DNA of 64,000 nt from Lama guanicoe. Taxonomy: Eukaryota. The translations under genes were made by a program, and so were the position numbers. Below are positions 63,229-64,000 of the stretch, piece after piece. The stretch lies in contig MU053136.1 of NCBI GenBank assembly GCA_013239625.1, forward strand, positions 142,017 to 206,016, written 5' to 3'. The notes under the pieces are model-generated. The model was not told the DNA's origin. It searched no databases and saw only the letters and a list, made by a program, of their open reading frames with translations. Positions within the stretch are counted from its first letter, which is position 1, and each line of letters opens with the position of its first letter.

Positions 63229-63772
63229 TGTTGGAGGAAGAATAGGTTCTTGCCTTGCCCAGGAAAGAATTCAAGAGCAAAGCATGGTAAAGTGAAAGTC
63301 AGTTTATGTAGAGAGATACACACTCCATGGACAGAGTGTGGTCTGTCTCCCTCAAAAAGGAAAATGGCTTAGGAGATACACACTCCACATTCAGAGTGCA
63401 GGCCTTCTCAGAAGGTGAGCATGACAGAGCTAGAGCGACAGAAGCAGAGCGACAGAGCCAGAGCGAGGGTGACCACGAGGGGCCGGAGTTGGGTATTGTG
63501 GAGCTGGTAATCTTACATACTAATGAGTAGGAGGATTATTCCAATTACTTTGAGGAAGGGGCGAGGATTTCCAGGAAACGCTCTCCCCTGCCCACTTTTG
63601 ACCTTTTATGGTCAGCCTAGGAACTGTCCTGGCGCCTGTGGGTGTGCCATGAGGCGCAAGGTCTACTAGAAGTCAAATCTTCCGCCATCTTGGTTCCAAC
63701 CAGTTTGTCCTGTCCTCAATTGCTGTGTAATACCTTCAGTGGCTGTGCCCTGCCCCTTTTCCTCCCACTTCA
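63229..63772 (-). mobile_element. ERV1-type solo LTR (544 bp) with 4-bp TSD GTAC
   Basis: TG at 63229 and CA at 63772; GTAC at 63225-63228 and 63773-63776; interrupts an old L1 sequence. Confidence 0.82.
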
Positions 63773-64000
63773 GTACCAATTTACACTCACAACTCTGCAT
63801 GGCAGTGGCTGTTTCTCCAAACACCTGACCACTCAGTGTGTTAGTCAAGTCTTTGACCTTTACTAACTTGGTCATCAAAAAACATTTTACTATTATTCTA
63901 ATTTGCACCCTATTTATTATGAATAAGGTCAAGTTCATTTTCATATATTTAATAGCCATTTTCACTTTTTCTATCAACTGCCTAATCAGGATTTTTGACC

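Overview
Mammalian genomic DNA, probably a camelid (inferred from the tRNA-derived SINE family). The only protein-coding gene I can support is OS9, the ER lectin of ERAD, on the minus strand. Coding exons 1-12 and the start of exon 13 map with GT-AG junctions and consistent phase, from the ATG at 26792 to the window edge, with a 21 kb intron 5 (3546-24615) and a CpG-rich promoter carrying CCAAT and GC boxes at ~26800-27220. Most of intron 5 and everything from ~27.3 kb to 64 kb is transposable-element debris (L1, L2, MIR, SINEs, ERV/MaLR LTRs, DNA transposons), plus one 549-nt N gap. I found no convincing new gene or novel system. The most notable items are structural: (1) an old direct duplication flanking OS9 exons 1-5 with short 100%-identical patches, suggesting gene conversion; (2) an L1 insertion with a twin-priming inversion, an internal perfect 55-bp triplication and a non-L1 polyadenylated tail inside one TSD; (3) a GC-rich polyadenylated retrocopy of unknown origin inside an intronic L1; (4) visible sequence correlates of OS9 alternative splicing. 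Exon, TSD and exact-repeat coordinates were counted base by base. Boundaries of old repeats are approximate, and repeat family names come from recognition, not a database search.
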